The notes beneath the pieces are model-generated. The model was given only the letters and a program-made list of their open reading frames with translations. It ran no database searches and was not told the DNA's origin. Made by a program: the position numbers and the translations under genes. From Eledone cirrhosa (taxonomy: Eukaryota), in the NCBI GenBank assembly GCA_964016885.1, contig OZ024743.1, positions 354,454,001-354,518,000 of the forward strand: a DNA stretch of 64,000 nucleotides. The letters are read 5' to 3'. Numbering within the stretch: position 1 is the stretch's first letter; the number at the start of each line of letters is the position of its first letter. Shown here in pieces: positions 25,976-39,539 of this stretch.

Positions 25976-27435
25976 GTCCTCATGGTGGTTGTTGTTGGTG
26001 GTTGAGATTGAGGTTTTTGTGATTCTGGTAATGGTGATGCTGATGATTGTCCTCATGCTGGTTGTTGTTGGTGGTAGAGATTGAGGTTTTTGGAATTCTG
26101 GTAATGGTAATGCTGATGATTGTCTTCATGCTGGTTGTTGTTGGTGGTAGAGATTGAGTTTTTTGTGATTCTTGTAATGGTGATGCTGATGATTGTCCTC
26201 ATGCTGGTTGTTGTTGGTGGTACAGATTGAGGTTTTTGGGATTCTGGTAATGGTGATGCTGATGATTGTCCTCATGCTGGTTGTTGTTGGTGGTAGAGAT
26301 TGAGGTTTTTGTGTTTCTGGTAATGGTGATGCTGATGATTGTCCTCATGCTGGTTGTTGTTGGTGGTAGAGATTGAGGTTTTTGTGTTTCTGGTAATGGT
26401 GATGCTGATGATTGTCTTCATGCTGGTTGTTGTTGGTGGTAGAGATTGAGGTTTTTGTGTTTCTGGTAATGGTGATGCTGATGATTGTCTTCATGCTGGT
26501 TGTTGTTGGTGGTAGAGATTGAGGTTTTTGTGTTTCTGGTAATGGTGATGCTGATGATATTTCTCATGCTGGTTGTTGTTGGTGGTAGAGATTGAGGTTT
26601 TTGGGATTCTGGTAATGGTGATGCTGATGATTGTCTTCATGCTGGTTGTTGTTGGTGGTAGAGATTGAGGTTTTTGTGATTCTGGTAATGGTGATGCTGA
26701 TGATTGTCCTCATGGTGGTTGTTGTTGGTGGTTGAGATTGAGGTTTTTGTGATTCCGGTAATGGTGATGCTGATGATTGTCCTCATGCTGGTTGTTGTTG
26801 GTGGTAGAGATTGAGGTTTTTGGAATTCTGGTAATGGTGATGCTGATGATTGTCTTCATGCTGGTTGTTGTTGGTGGTAGAGATTGAGTTTTTTGTGATT
26901 CTTGTAATGGTGATGCTGATGATTGTCCTCATGCTGGTTGTTGTTGGTGGTACAGATTGAGGTTTTTGGGATTCTGGTAATGGTGATGCTGATGATTGTC
27001 CTCATGCTGGTTGTTGTTGGTGGTAGAGATTGAGGTTTTTGTGTTTCTGGTAATGGTGATGCTGATGATTGTCCTCATGCTGGTTGTTGTTGGTGGTAGA
27101 GATTGAGGTTTTTGTGTTTCTGGTAATGGTGATGCTGATGATTGTCTTCATGCTGGTTGTTGTTGGTGGTAGAGATTGAGGTTTTTGTGTTTCTGGTAAT
27201 GGTGATGCTGATGATTGTCTTCATGCTGGTTGTTGTTGGTGGTAGAGATTGAGGTTTTTGTGTTTCTGGTAATGGTGATGCTGATGATATTTCTCATGCT
27301 GGTTGTTGTTGGTGGTAGAGATTGAGGTTTTTGGGATTCTGGTAATGGTGATGCTGATGATTGTCTTCATGCTGGTTGTTGTTGGTGGTAGAGATTGAGG
27401 TTTTTGTGATTCTGGTAATGGTGATGCTGATGATT
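25976..27435. repeat. 10-mer tandem duplication (730 bp)
   Basis: Marker CATGGTGGTT...GGTTGAG at 25981 and 26711. Both are followed by the same ordered variants (GGAATTC, GAGTTTTTT, GGTACAG, four GTTTCT monomers, GATATTTCT). Confidence 0.9.
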
Positions 27436-27879
27436 GTCCTCATGCTGGTTGTTGTTGGTGGTAGATATTGAGGATTTTGTGATCCTGGTAATGGTGATGC
27501 TGATGATTGTCCTCATGCTGGTTGTTGTTGGTGGTAGAGATTGAGGTTTTTGTGATTATGGTAATGGTGATGCTGATGATTGTCTTCATGCTGGTTGTTG
27601 TTGGTGGTAGAGATTGAGGTTTTTGTGATTCTGGTAATGGTGATGCTGATGATTGTCCTCATGCTGGTTGTTGTTGGTGGTAGAGATTGAGGTTTTTGTG
27701 ATTCTGGTAATGGTGATGCTGATGATTGTCCTCATGCTGGTTGTTGTTGGTGGTAGAGATTGAGGTTTTTGTGATTCTGGTAATGGTGATGCTGATGATT
27801 GTCCTCATGCTGGTTGTTGTTGGTGGTAGAGATTGAGGTTTTTGTGATTCTGGTAATGGTGATGCTGATGATTGTCTTC

Positions 27880-30790
27880 ATGCTGGTTGTTGTTGGTGGT
27901 AGAGATTGAGGTTTTTGTGATTCTGGTAATGGTGATGCTGATGATTGTCCTCATGCTGGTTGTTGTTGGTGGTAGAGATTGAGGTTTTTGTGATTCTGGT
28001 AATGGTGATGCTGATGATTGTCCTCATGCTGGTTGTTGTTGGTGGTAGAGATTGAGGTTTTTGTGATTCTAGTAATGGTGATGCTGATGATTGTCTTCAT
28101 GCTGGTTGTTGTTGGTGGTAGAGATTGAGGTTTTTGTGATTCTGGTAATGGTGATGCTGATGATTGTCCTCATGCTGGTTGTTGTTGGTGGTAGAGATTG
28201 AGGTTTTTGTGATTCTGGTAATGGTGATGCTGATGATTGTCCTCATGCTGGTTGTTGTTGGTGGTAGAGATTGAGGTTTTTGTAATTCTGGTAATGGTGA
28301 TGCTGATGATTGTACTGATGCTGGTTGTTGTTGGTGGTAGAGATTGAGGTTTTTGTGATTCTGGTAATGGTGATGCTGATGATTGTCCTCATGCTGGTTG
28401 TTGTTAGTGGTAGAGATTGAGGTTTTTGTGATTCTGGTAATGGTGATGCTGATGATTGTCCTCATGCTGGTTGTTGTTGGTGGTAGAGATTGAGGTTTTT
28501 GTGATTCTGGTAATGATGATGCTGATGAATGTCTTCATGCTGGTTGTTGCTGGTGGTAGGGATTGAGGTTTTTGTGATTCTGGTAATGGTGATGCTGATG
28601 ATTGTCCTCATGCTGGTTGTTGTTGGTGGTAGAGATTGAGGTTTTTGTGATTCTGGTAATGGTGATGCTGATGAATGTCTTCATGCTGGTTGTTGTTGGT
28701 GGTAGAGATTGATGTTTTTGTGATTCTGGTAATGGTGATGCTGATGATTGTCCTCATGCTGGTTGTTGTTGGTGGAAGAGATTGAGGTTTTTGTGATTCT
28801 GGTAATGGTGATGCTGATGATTGTCTTCATGCTGGTTGTTGCTGGTGGTAGGGATTGAGGTTTTTGTGATTCTGGTAATGTAATGCTGATGATTGTCCTC
28901 ATGCTGGTTGTTGTTGGTGGTAGAGATTGAGGTTTTTGTGATTCTGGTAATGGTGATGCTGATGAATGTCTTCATGCTGGTTGTTGTTGGTGGTAGAGAT
29001 TGAGGTTTTTGTGATTCTGGTAATGGTGATGCTGATGAATGTCTTCATGCTGGTTGTTGCTGGTGGTAGGGATTGAGGTTTTTGTGATTCTGGTAATGTA
29101 ATGCTGATGATTGTCCTCATGCTGGTTGTTGTTGGTGGTAGAGATTGAGGTTTTTGTGATTCTGGTAATGGTGATGCTGATGAATGTCTTCATGCTGGTT
29201 GTTGCTGGTGGTAGGGATTGAGGTTTTTGTGATTCTGGTAATGTAATGCTGATGATTGTCCTCATGCTGGTTGTTGTTGGTGGTAGAGATTGAGGTTTTT
29301 GTGATTCTGGTAATGGTGATGCTGATGAATGTCTTCATGCTGGTTGTTGTTGGTGGTAGAGATTGAGGTTTTTGTGATTCTGGTAATGGTGATGCTGATG
29401 ATTGTCCTCATGCTGGTTGTTGTTGGTGGTAGAGATTGAGGTTTTTGTGATTCTGGTAATGGTGATGCTGATGATTGTCCTCATGCTGGTTGTTGTTGGT
29501 GGTAGAGATTGAGGTTTTTGTGATTCTAGTAATGGTGATGCTGATGATTGTCTTCATGCTGGTTGTTGTTGGTGGTAGAGATTGAGGTTTTTGTGATTCT
29601 GGTAATGGTGATGCTGATGATTGTCCTCATGCTGGTTGTTGTTGGTGGTAGAGATTGAGGTTTTTGTGATTCTGGTAATGGTGATGCTGATGATTGTCCT
29701 CATGCTGGTTGTTGTTGGTGGTAGAGATTGAGGTTTTTGTAATTCTGGTAATGGTGATGCTGATGATTGTACTGATGCTGGTTGTTGTTGGTGGTAGAGA
29801 TTGAGGTTTTTGTGATTCTGGTAATGGTGATGCTGATGATTGTCCTCATGCTGGTTGTTGTTAGTGGTAGAGATTGAGGTTTTTGTGATTCTGGTAATGG
29901 TGATGCTGATGATTGTCCTCATGCTGGTTGTTGTTGGTGGTAGAGATTGAGGTTTTTGTGATTCTGGTAATGATGATGCTGATGAATGTCTTCATGCTGG
30001 TTGTTGCTGGTGGTAGGGATTGAGGTTTTTGTGATTCTGGTAATGGTGATGCTGATGATTGTCCTCATGCTGGTTGTTGTTGGTGGTAGAGATTGAGGTT
30101 TTTGTGATTCTGGTAATGGTGATGCTGATGAATGTCTTCATGCTGGTTGTTGTTGGTGGTAGAGATTGATGTTTTTGTGATTCTGGTAATGGTGATGCTG
30201 ATGATTGTCCTCATGCTGGTTGTTGTTGGTGGAAGAGATTGAGGTTTTTGTGATTCTGGTAATGGTGATGCTGATGATTGTCTTCATGCTGGTTGTTGCT
30301 GGTGGTAGGGATTGAGGTTTTTGTGATTCTGGTAATGTAATGCTGATGATTGTCCTCATGCTGGTTGTTGTTGGTGGTAGAGATTGAGGTTTTTGTGATT
30401 CTGGTAATGGTGATGCTGATGAATGTCTTCATGCTGGTTGTTGTTGGTGGTAGAGATTGAGGTTTTTGTGATTCTGGTAATGGTGATGCTGATGAATGTC
30501 TTCATGCTGGTTGTTGCTGGTGGTAGGGATTGAGGTTTTTGTGATTCTGGTAATGTAATGCTGATGATTGTCCTCATGCTGGTTGTTGTTGGTGGTAGAG
30601 ATTGAGGTTTTTGTGATTCTGGTAATGGTGATGCTGATGAATGTCTTCATGCTGGTTGTTGCTGGTGGTAGGGATTGAGGTTTTTGTGATTCTGGTAATG
30701 TAATGCTGATGATTGTCCTCATGCTGGTTGTTGTTGGTGGTAGAGATTGAGGTTTTTGTGATTCTGGTAATGGTGATGCTGATGAATGTC
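27880..30790. repeat. 20-mer HOR (1457 bp), tandem pair 2
   Basis: ORF sets at 28097/29554, offset 1457. The pair lies 5031 bp (69x73 - 6) from pair 1. Confidence 0.92.
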
Positions 30791-30939
30791 TTCATGCTGG
30801 TTGTTGTTGGTGGTAGAGATTGAGGTTTTTGTGATTCTGGTAATGGTGATGCTGATGATTGTCCTCATGCTGGTTGTTGTTGGTGGTAGAGATTGAGGTT
30901 TTTGTGATTCTGGTAATGGTGATGCTGATGAATGTCTTC

Positions 30940-33900
30940 ATGCTGGTTGTTGTTGGTGGTAGAGATTGAGGTTTTTGTGATTCTGGTAATGGTGATGCTG
31001 ATGATTGTCCTCATGGTGGTTGTTGTTGGTGGTTGAGATTGAGGTTTTTGTGATTCTGGTAATGGTGATGCTGATGATTGTCCTCATGCTGGTTGTTGTT
31101 GGTGGTAGAGATTGAGGTTTTTGGAATTCTGGTAATGGTGATGCTGATGATTGTCTTCATGCTGGTTGTTGTTGGTGGTAGAGATTGAGTTTTTTGTGAT
31201 TCTTGTAATGGTGATGCTGATGATTGTCCTCATGCTGGTTGTTGTTGGTGGTACAGATTGAGGTTTTTGGGATTCTGGTAATGGTGATGCTGATGATTGT
31301 CCTCATGCTGGTTGTTGTTGGTGGTAGAGATTGAGGTTTTTGTGTTTCTGGTAATGGTGATGCTGATGATTGTCCTCATGCTGGTTGTTGTTGGTGGTAG
31401 AGATTGAGGTTTTTGTGTTTCTGGTAATGGTGATGCTGATGATTGTCTTCATGCTGGTTGTTGTTGGTGGTAGAGATTGAGGTTTTTGTGTTTCTGGTAA
31501 TGGTGATGCTGATGATTGTCTTCATGCTGGTTGTTGTTGGTGGTAGAGATTGAGGTTTTTGTGTTTCTGGTAATGGTGATGCTGATGATATTTCTCATGC
31601 TGGTTGTTGTTGGTGGTAGAGATTGAGGTTTTTGGGATTCTGGTAATGGTGATGCTGATGATTGTCTTCATGCTGGTTGTTGTTGGTGGTAGAGATTGAG
31701 GTTTTTGTGATTCTGGTAATGGTGATGCTGATGATTGTCTTCATGCTGGTTGTCATTGGTGGTAGAGATTGACGTTTTTGTTATTCTGGTAATGGTGATG
31801 CTGATGATTGTCTTCATGCTGGTTGTTGTTGGTGGTAGAGATTGAGGTTTTTGTGATTCTGGTAATGGTGATGCTGATGATTGTCCACATGCTGGTTGTT
31901 GTTGGTGGTAGAGATTGAGGTATCTGTGATTCTGGTAATGGTGATGCTGATGATTGTCTTCATGCTGGTCTTGTTGGTGGTAGAGATTGAGGTTTTTGTG
32001 ATTCTGGTAATGGTGATGCTGATGATTGTCCTCATGCTGGTTGTTGTTGGTGGTAGAGATTGAGGTTTTTGTGATTCTGGTAATGGTGATGCTGATGATT
32101 GTCCTCATGCTGGTTGTTGTTGGTGGTAGAGATTGAGGTTTTTGTGATCCTGGTAATGGTGATGCTGATGATTGTCCTCATGCTGGTTGTTGTTGGTGGT
32201 AGAGATTGAGGTTTTTGTGATTATGGTAATGGTGATGCTGATGATTGTCTTCATGCTGGTGGTTGTTGGTGGTAGAGATTGAGGTTTTTGTGATTCTGGT
32301 AATGGTGATGCTGATGATTGTCCTCATGCTGGTTGTTGTTGGTGGTAGATATTGAGGTTTTTGTGATCCTGGTAATGGTGATGCTGATGATTGTCCTCAT
32401 GCTGGTTGTTGTTGGTGGTAGAGATTGAGGTTTTTGTGATTATGGTAATGGTGATGCTGATGATTGTCTTCATGCTGGTTGTTGTTGGTGGTAGAGATTG
32501 AGGTTTTTGTGATTCTGGTAATGGTGATGCTGATGATTGTCCTCATGCTGGTTGTTGTTGGTGGTAGAGATTGAGGTTTTTGTGATTCTGGTAATGGTGA
32601 TGCTGATGATTGTCCTCATGCTGGTTGTTGTTGGTGGTAGAGATTGAGGTTTTTGTGATTCTGGTAATGGTGATGCTGATGATTGTCCTCATGCTGGTTG
32701 TTGTTGGTGGTAGAGATTGAGGTTTTTGTGATTCTGGTAATGGTGATGCTGATGATTGTCTTCATGCTGGTTGTTGTTGGTGGTAGAGATTGAGGTTTTT
32801 GTGATTCTGGTAATGGTGATGCTGATGATTGTCCTCATGCTGGTTGTTGTTGGTGGTAGAGATTGAGGTTTTTGTGATTCTGGTAATGGTGATGCTGATG
32901 ATTGTCCTCATGCTGGTTGTTGTTGGTGGTAGAGATTGAGGTTTTTGTGATTCTAGTAATGGTGATGCTGATGATTGTCTTCATGCTGGTTGTTGTTGGT
33001 GGTAGAGATTGAGGTTTTTGTGATTCTGGTAATGGTGATGCTGATGATTGTCCTCATGCTGGTTGTTGTTGGTGGTAGAGATTGAGGTTTTTGTGATTCT
33101 GGTAATGGTGATGCTGATGATTGTCCTCATGCTGGTTGTTGTTGGTGGTAGAGATTGAGGTTTTTGTAATTCTGGTAATGGTGATGCTGATGATTGTACT
33201 GATGCTGGTTGTTGTTGGTGGTAGAGATTGAGGTTTTTGTGATTCTGGTAATGGTGATGCTGATGATTGTCCTCATGCTGGTTGTTGTTAGTGGTAGAGA
33301 TTGAGGTTTTTGTGATTCTGGTAATGGTGATGCTGATGATTGTCCTCATGCTGGTTGTTGTTGGTGGTAGAGATTGAGGTTTTTGTGATTCTGGTAATGA
33401 TGATGCTGATGAATGTCTTCATGCTGGTTGTTGCTGGTGGTAGGGATTGAGGTTTTTGTGATTCTGGTAATGGTGATGCTGATGATTGTCCTCATGCTGG
33501 TTGTTGTTGGTGGTAGAGATTGAGGTTTTTGTGATTCTGGTAATGGTGATGCTGATGAATGTCTTCATGCTGGTTGTTGTTGGTGGTAGAGATTGATGTT
33601 TTTGTGATTCTGGTAATGGTGATGCTGATGATTGTCCTCATGCTGGTTGTTGTTGGTGGAAGAGATTGAGGTTTTTGTGATTCTGGTAATGGTGATGCTG
33701 ATGATTGTCTTCATGCTGGTTGTTGCTGGTGGTAGGGATTGAGGTTTTTGTGATTCTGGTAATGTAATGCTGATGATTGTCCTCATGCTGGTTGTTGTTG
33801 GTGGTAGAGATTGAGGTTTTTGTGATTCTGGTAATGGTGATGCTGATGAATGTCTTCATGCTGGTTGTTGTTGGTGGTAGAGATTGAGGTTTTTGTGATT

Positions 33901-34500
33901 CTGGTAATGGTGATGCTGATGAATGTCTTCATGCTGGTTGTTGCTGGTGGTAGGGATTGAGGTTTTTGTGATTCTGGTAATGTAATGCTGATGATTGTCC
34001 TCATGCTGGTTGTTGTTGGTGGTAGAGATTGAGGTTTTTGTGATTCTGGTAATGGTGATGCTGATGAATGTCTTCATGCTGGTTGTTGCTGGTGGTAGGG
34101 ATTGAGGTTTTTGTGATTCTGGTAATGTAATGCTGATGATTGTCCTCATGCTGGTTGTTGTTGGTGGTAGAGATTGAGGTTTTTGTGATTCTGGTAATGG
34201 TGATGCTGATGAATGTCTTCATGCTGGTTGTTGTTGGTGGTAGAGATTGAGGTTTTTGTGATTCTGGTAATGGTGATGCTGATGATTGTCCTCATGCTGG
34301 TTGTTGTTGGTGGTAGAGATTGAGGTTTTTGTGATTCTGGTAATGGTGATGCTGATGAATGTCTTCATGCTGGTTGTTGTTGGTGGTAGAGATTGAGGTT
34401 TTTGTGATTCTGGTAATGGTGATGCTGATGATTGTCCTCATGGTGGTTGTTGTTGGTGGTTGAGATTGAGGTTTTTGTGATTCTGGTAATGGTGATGCTG
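30940..34500. repeat. Paralog of about 21100-24300 (offset 9915 bp, 136 monomers), containing a fifth copy of the 20-mer HOR
   Basis: ORFs 21753/31668, 21899/31814, 23066/32981 and 23650/33565 are all offset by 9915 = 136x73 - 13. Confidence 0.88.
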
Positions 34501-37500
34501 ATGATTGTCCTCATGCTGGTTGTCGTTGGTGGTAGAGATTGAGGTTTTTGTAATTCTGGTAATGGTGATGGTGATGATTGTCCTCATGCTGGTTGTTGGT
34601 GGTGGTAGAGATTGAGGTTTTTGTGATTCTGGTAATGGTGATGCTGATGATTGTCCTCATGCTTATTGTTGTTGGTGGTAGAGATTGAGGTTTTTGTGAT
34701 TCTTGTAATGGTGATGCGGATGATTGTCCTCATGCTGGTTGTTGTTGGTGGTAGAGATTGAGGTTTTTGTGATCCTGGTAATGGTGATGCTGATGATTGT
34801 CCTCATGTTGGTTGTTGTTGGTGGTAGAGATTGAGGTTTTTGTGATTATGGTAATGGTGATGCTGATGATTGTCTTCATGCTGGTTGTTGTTGGTGGTAG
34901 AGATTGAGGTTTTTGTGATTCTGGTAATGGTGATGCTGATGATTGTCTTCATGCTGGTTGTTGTTGGTGGTAGAGATTGAGGTTTTTGTGATTCTGGTAA
35001 TGGTGATGCTGATGATTGTCTTCATGCTGATTGTTGTTGGTGGTAGAGATTGAGGTTTTTGTGATTCTGGTAATGGTGATGCTGATGATTGTCCTCATGC
35101 TGGTTGTTGTTGGTGGTAGAGATTGAGGTTTTTGTGATTCTGGTAATGGTGATGCTGATGATTGTCCTCATGCTGGTTGTTGTTGGTGGTAGAGATTGAG
35201 GTTTTTGTGATTCTGGTAATGGTGATGCTGACGATTGTCTTCAGGCTGATTGTTGTTGGTGGTAGAGATTGAGGTTTTTGTGATTCTGGTAATGGTGATG
35301 CTGATTATTGTACTCATGCTGGTTGTTGTTGGTGGTAAGATTGAGGTTTTTGTGATTCTGGTAATGGTGATGCTGATGATTGTCCTCATGCTGGTTGTTG
35401 TTGGTGGTAAGATTGAGGTTTTTGTGATTCTGGTAATGGTGATGCTGATGATTGTCTTCATGCTGGTTGTTGTTGGTGGTAGAGGTTGAGGTTCTTGTGA
35501 TTCTGGTAATGGTGATGCTGATGATTGTCGTCATGCTGGTTGTTGTTGGTGGTAGAGATTGAGGTTTTTGTGATTCTGGTAATGGTGATGCTGATGATTG
35601 TCTTCATGCTGGTTGTTGTTGGTGGTAGAGATTGAGGTTTTTGTGATTCTGGTAATGGTGATGCTGATGATTGTCCTCATGCTGGTTGTTGTTGGTGGTA
35701 GAGATTGAGGTTTTTGTGATTCTGGTAATGGTGATGCTGATGATTGTCTTCATGCTGGTTGTTGTTGGTGGTAGAGATTGAGGTCTTTGTGATTCTCGTA
35801 ATGGTGATGCTGATGATTGTCTTCATGCTGGTTGTTGTTGGTGGTAGAGATTGAGGTTTTTGTGATTCTGGTAATGGTGATGCTGATGATTGTCCTCATG
35901 CTGGTTGTTGTTGGTGGTAGAGATTGAGGTTTTTCTAATTCTGGTAATGGTGATGCTGATGATTGTCCTCATGCTTGTTGTTGTTGGTGGTAGAGATTGA
36001 GGTTTTTGTGATTCTGGTAATGGTGATGCTGATGATTGTCCTCATGCTGGTTGTTGTTAGTGGTAGAGATTGAGGTCTTTGTGATTCTGGTAATGGTGAT
36101 GCTGATGATTGGCTTCATGCTGGTTGTTGTTGGTGATAGAGATTGAGGTTTTTGTGATTCTGGTAATGGTGATGCTGATGATTGTCCTCATGCTGGTTGT
36201 TGTTGGTTGTAGAGATTGAGGTTTTTGTAATTCTGGTAATGGTGATGCTGATGATTGTCCTCGTGCTGTTTGTTGTTGGTGGTAGAGATTGAGGTTTTTG
36301 TGATTCTGCTAATGGTAATGCTGATGATTGTCCTCATGCTGGTTGTTACTGGTGGTAGGGATTGAGGTTTTTGTGATTCTGGTAATGGTGATGCTGATGA
36401 TTGTCCTCATGCTGGTTGTTGTTGGTGGTAGAGATTGAGGTTTTTGTGATTCTGGTAATGGTGATGCTGATGATTGTCCTCATGCTGGTTGTTGTTGGTG
36501 ATAGAGATTGAGGTCTTTGTGATTCTGGTAATGGTGATGCTGATGATTGTCCTCATGCTGGTTGTTGTTGGTGGTAGAGATTTAGGTTTTTGTGATTCTG
36601 GTAATGGTGATGCTGATGATTGTCCTCATGCTGGTTGTTGTTGGTGGTAGAGATTGAGGTTTTTGTAATTCTGGTAATGGTGATCCTGATGATTGTCCTC
36701 ATGCTGGTTGTTGTTGGTGGTAGAGATTGAGGTTTTTGTGATTCTGGTAATGGTGATGCTGATGATTGTCCTCATGCTGGTTGTTGTTAGTGGTAGAGAT
36801 TGAGGTTTTTGTGATTCTGGTAATGGTGATGCTGATGATTGTCCTCATGCTGGTTGTTGTTGGTGGTAGAGATTGAGGTTTTTGTGATTCTGGTAATGGT
36901 GATGCTGATGATTGTCCTCATGCTGGTTGTTGTTGTTGGTAGAGATTGAGGTTTTTGTGATCTTGGTAATGGTGATGCTGATGATTGTCCTCATACTGGT
37001 TGTTGTTGGTGGTAGAGATTGAGGTTTTTGTGATCCTGGTAATGGTGATGCTGATGATTGTCCTCATGCTGGTTGTTGTTGGTGGTAGAGATTGAGGTTT
37101 TTGTGATCCTGGTAATGGTGATGCTGATGATTGTCCTCTTGCTGGTTGTTGTTGGTGGTAGAGATTGAGGTTTTTGTGATCCTGGTAATGGTGATGCTGA
37201 TGATTGTCCTCATGCTGGTTGTTGTTGGTGGTAGAGATTGAGGTTTTTGTGATCCTGGTAATGGTGATGCTGATGATTGTCCTCATGCTGGTTGTTGTTG
37301 GTGGTAGAGATTGAGGTTTTTGTGATCCTGGTAATGGTGATGCTGATGATTGTCCTCATGCTGGTTGTTGATGGTGGTAGAGATTGAGGTTTTTGTGATT
37401 CTGGTAATGGTGATGCTGATGATTGTCCTCATGCTGGTTGTTGTTGGTGGTAGAGATTGAGGTTTTTGTGTTTCTGGTAATGGTGATGCTGATGATTGTC

Positions 37501-38079
37501 TTGATGCTGGTTGCTGTTGGTGATAGAGATTGAGGTCTTTGTGATTCGGGTAATGGTGTTGCTGATGATTGTCCTCATGCTGGTTGTTGTTGGTGGTAGA
37601 GATTGAGGTTTTTGTGATTCTGGTAATGGTGATGCTGATGATTGTCTTCATGCTGGTTGCTGTTGGCGATAGAGATTGAGGTCTTTGTGATTCTGGTAAT
37701 GGTGATGCTGATGATTGTCTTCATGCTGGTTGTTGTTGGTGATAGAGATTGAGGTTTTTGTGATTCTGGTAATGGTGATGCTGATGATTGTCCTCATGCT
37801 GGTTGTTGTTAGTGGTAGAGATTGAGGTTTTTGTGATTCTGGTAATGGTGATGCTGATGATTGTCCTCATGCTGGTTGTTGTTGGTGGTAGAGATTGAGG
37901 TTTTTGTGATTCTGGTAATGGTGATGCTGATGATTGTCCTCATGCTGGTTGTTGCTTGTGGTAGGGATTGAGGTCTTTGTGATTCTGGTAATGGTGATGC
38001 TGATGATGTCCTCATGCTGGTTGTTGTTGGTGGTAGAGATTGAGGTTTTTGTGATTCTGGTAATGGTGATGCTGATGAT

Positions 38080-39360
38080 TGTCCTCATGCTGGTTGTTGT
38101 TGGTGGTTGAGATTGAGGTTTTTGTGATTCTGGTAATGGTGATGCTGATGATTGTCCTCATGCTGGTTGTTGGTGGTGGTAGAGATTGAGGTTTTTGTGA
38201 TTCTGGTAATGGTGATGCTGATGATTGTCCTCATGCTGGTTGTTGTTGGTGGTAGAGATTGAGGTTTTTGTGATTCTGGTAATGGTGAGCGGATGATTGT
38301 CCTCATGCTGGTTGTTGTTGTTGGTAGAGATTGAGGTTTTTGTGATCCTGGTAATGGTGATGCTGATGATTGTCCTCATACTGGTTGTTGTTGGTGGTAG
38401 AGATTGAGGTTTTTGTGATCCTGGTAATGGTGATGCTGATGATTGTCCTCTTGCTGGTTGTTGTTGGTGGTAGAGATTGAGGTTTTTGTGATCCTGGTAA
38501 TGGTGATGCTGATGATTGTCCTCATGCTGGTTGTTGTTGGTGGTAGAGATTGAGGTTTTTGTGATCCTGGTAATGGTGATGCTGATGATTGTCCTCATGC
38601 TGGTTGTTGTTGGTGGTAGAGATTGAGGTTTTTGTGATCCTTGTAATGGTGATGCTGATGATTGTCCTCATACTGGTTGTTGATGGTGGTAGAGATTGAG
38701 GTTTTTGTGATTCTGGTAATGGTAATGCTGATGATTGTCCTCATGCTGGTTGTTGTTGGTGGTAGAGATTGAGGTTTTTGTGATTCTGGTAATGGTGATG
38801 CTGATGATTGTCCTCATGCTGGTTGTTGGTGGTGGTAGAGATTGAGGTTTTTGTGATTCTGGTAATGGTGATGCTGATGATTGTCCTCATGCTGGTTGTT
38901 GTTGGTGGTAGAGATTGAGGTTTTTGTGATTCTGGTAATGGTGAGCGGATGATTGTCCTCATGCTGGTTGTTGTTGTTGGTAGAGATTGAGGTTTTTGTG
39001 ATCCTGGTAATGGTGATGCTGATGATTGTCCTCATACTGGTTGTTGTTGGTGGTAGAGATTGAGGTTTTTGTGATCCTGGTAATGGTGATGCTGATGATT
39101 GTCCTCTTGCTGGTTGTTGTTGGTGGTAGAGATTGAGGTTTTTGTGATCCTGGTAATGGTGATGCTGATGATTGTCCTCATGCTGGTTGTTGTTGGTGGT
39201 AGAGATTGAGGTTTTTGTGATCCTGGTAATGGTGATGCTGATGATTGTCCTCATGCTGGTTGTTGTTGGTGGTAGAGATTGAGGTTTTTGTGATCCTGGT
39301 AATGGTGATGCTGATGATTGTCCTCATACTGGTTGTTGATGGTGGTAGAGATTGAGGTTT
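38080..39360. repeat. 9-mer tandem duplication (656 bp)
   Basis: ORFs 38085/38741 and 38158/38814 are offset by 656 = 9x73 - 1. Both copies carry the GGTGAGCGGAT 1-bp deletion. Confidence 0.85.
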
Positions 39361-39539
39361 TTGTGATTCTGGTAATGGTGATGCTGATGATTGTCTTGAT
39401 GCTGGTTGCTGTTGGTGATAGAGATTGAGGTCTTTGTGATTCTGGTAATGGTGTTGCTGATGATTGTCCTCATGCTGGTTGTTGTTGGTGGTAGAGATTG
39501 AGGTTTTTGTGATTCTGGTAATGGTGATGCTGATGATTG

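Noticed and set aside
35250-35489. Plus-strand hydrophobic Val/Leu/Met ORFs (60-79 aa) resembling membrane peptides
   Set aside because: Hydrophobicity follows from G/T-rich NTN codons. These ORFs exist only where an indel monomer bridges frames, and they start at TTG rather than ATG.
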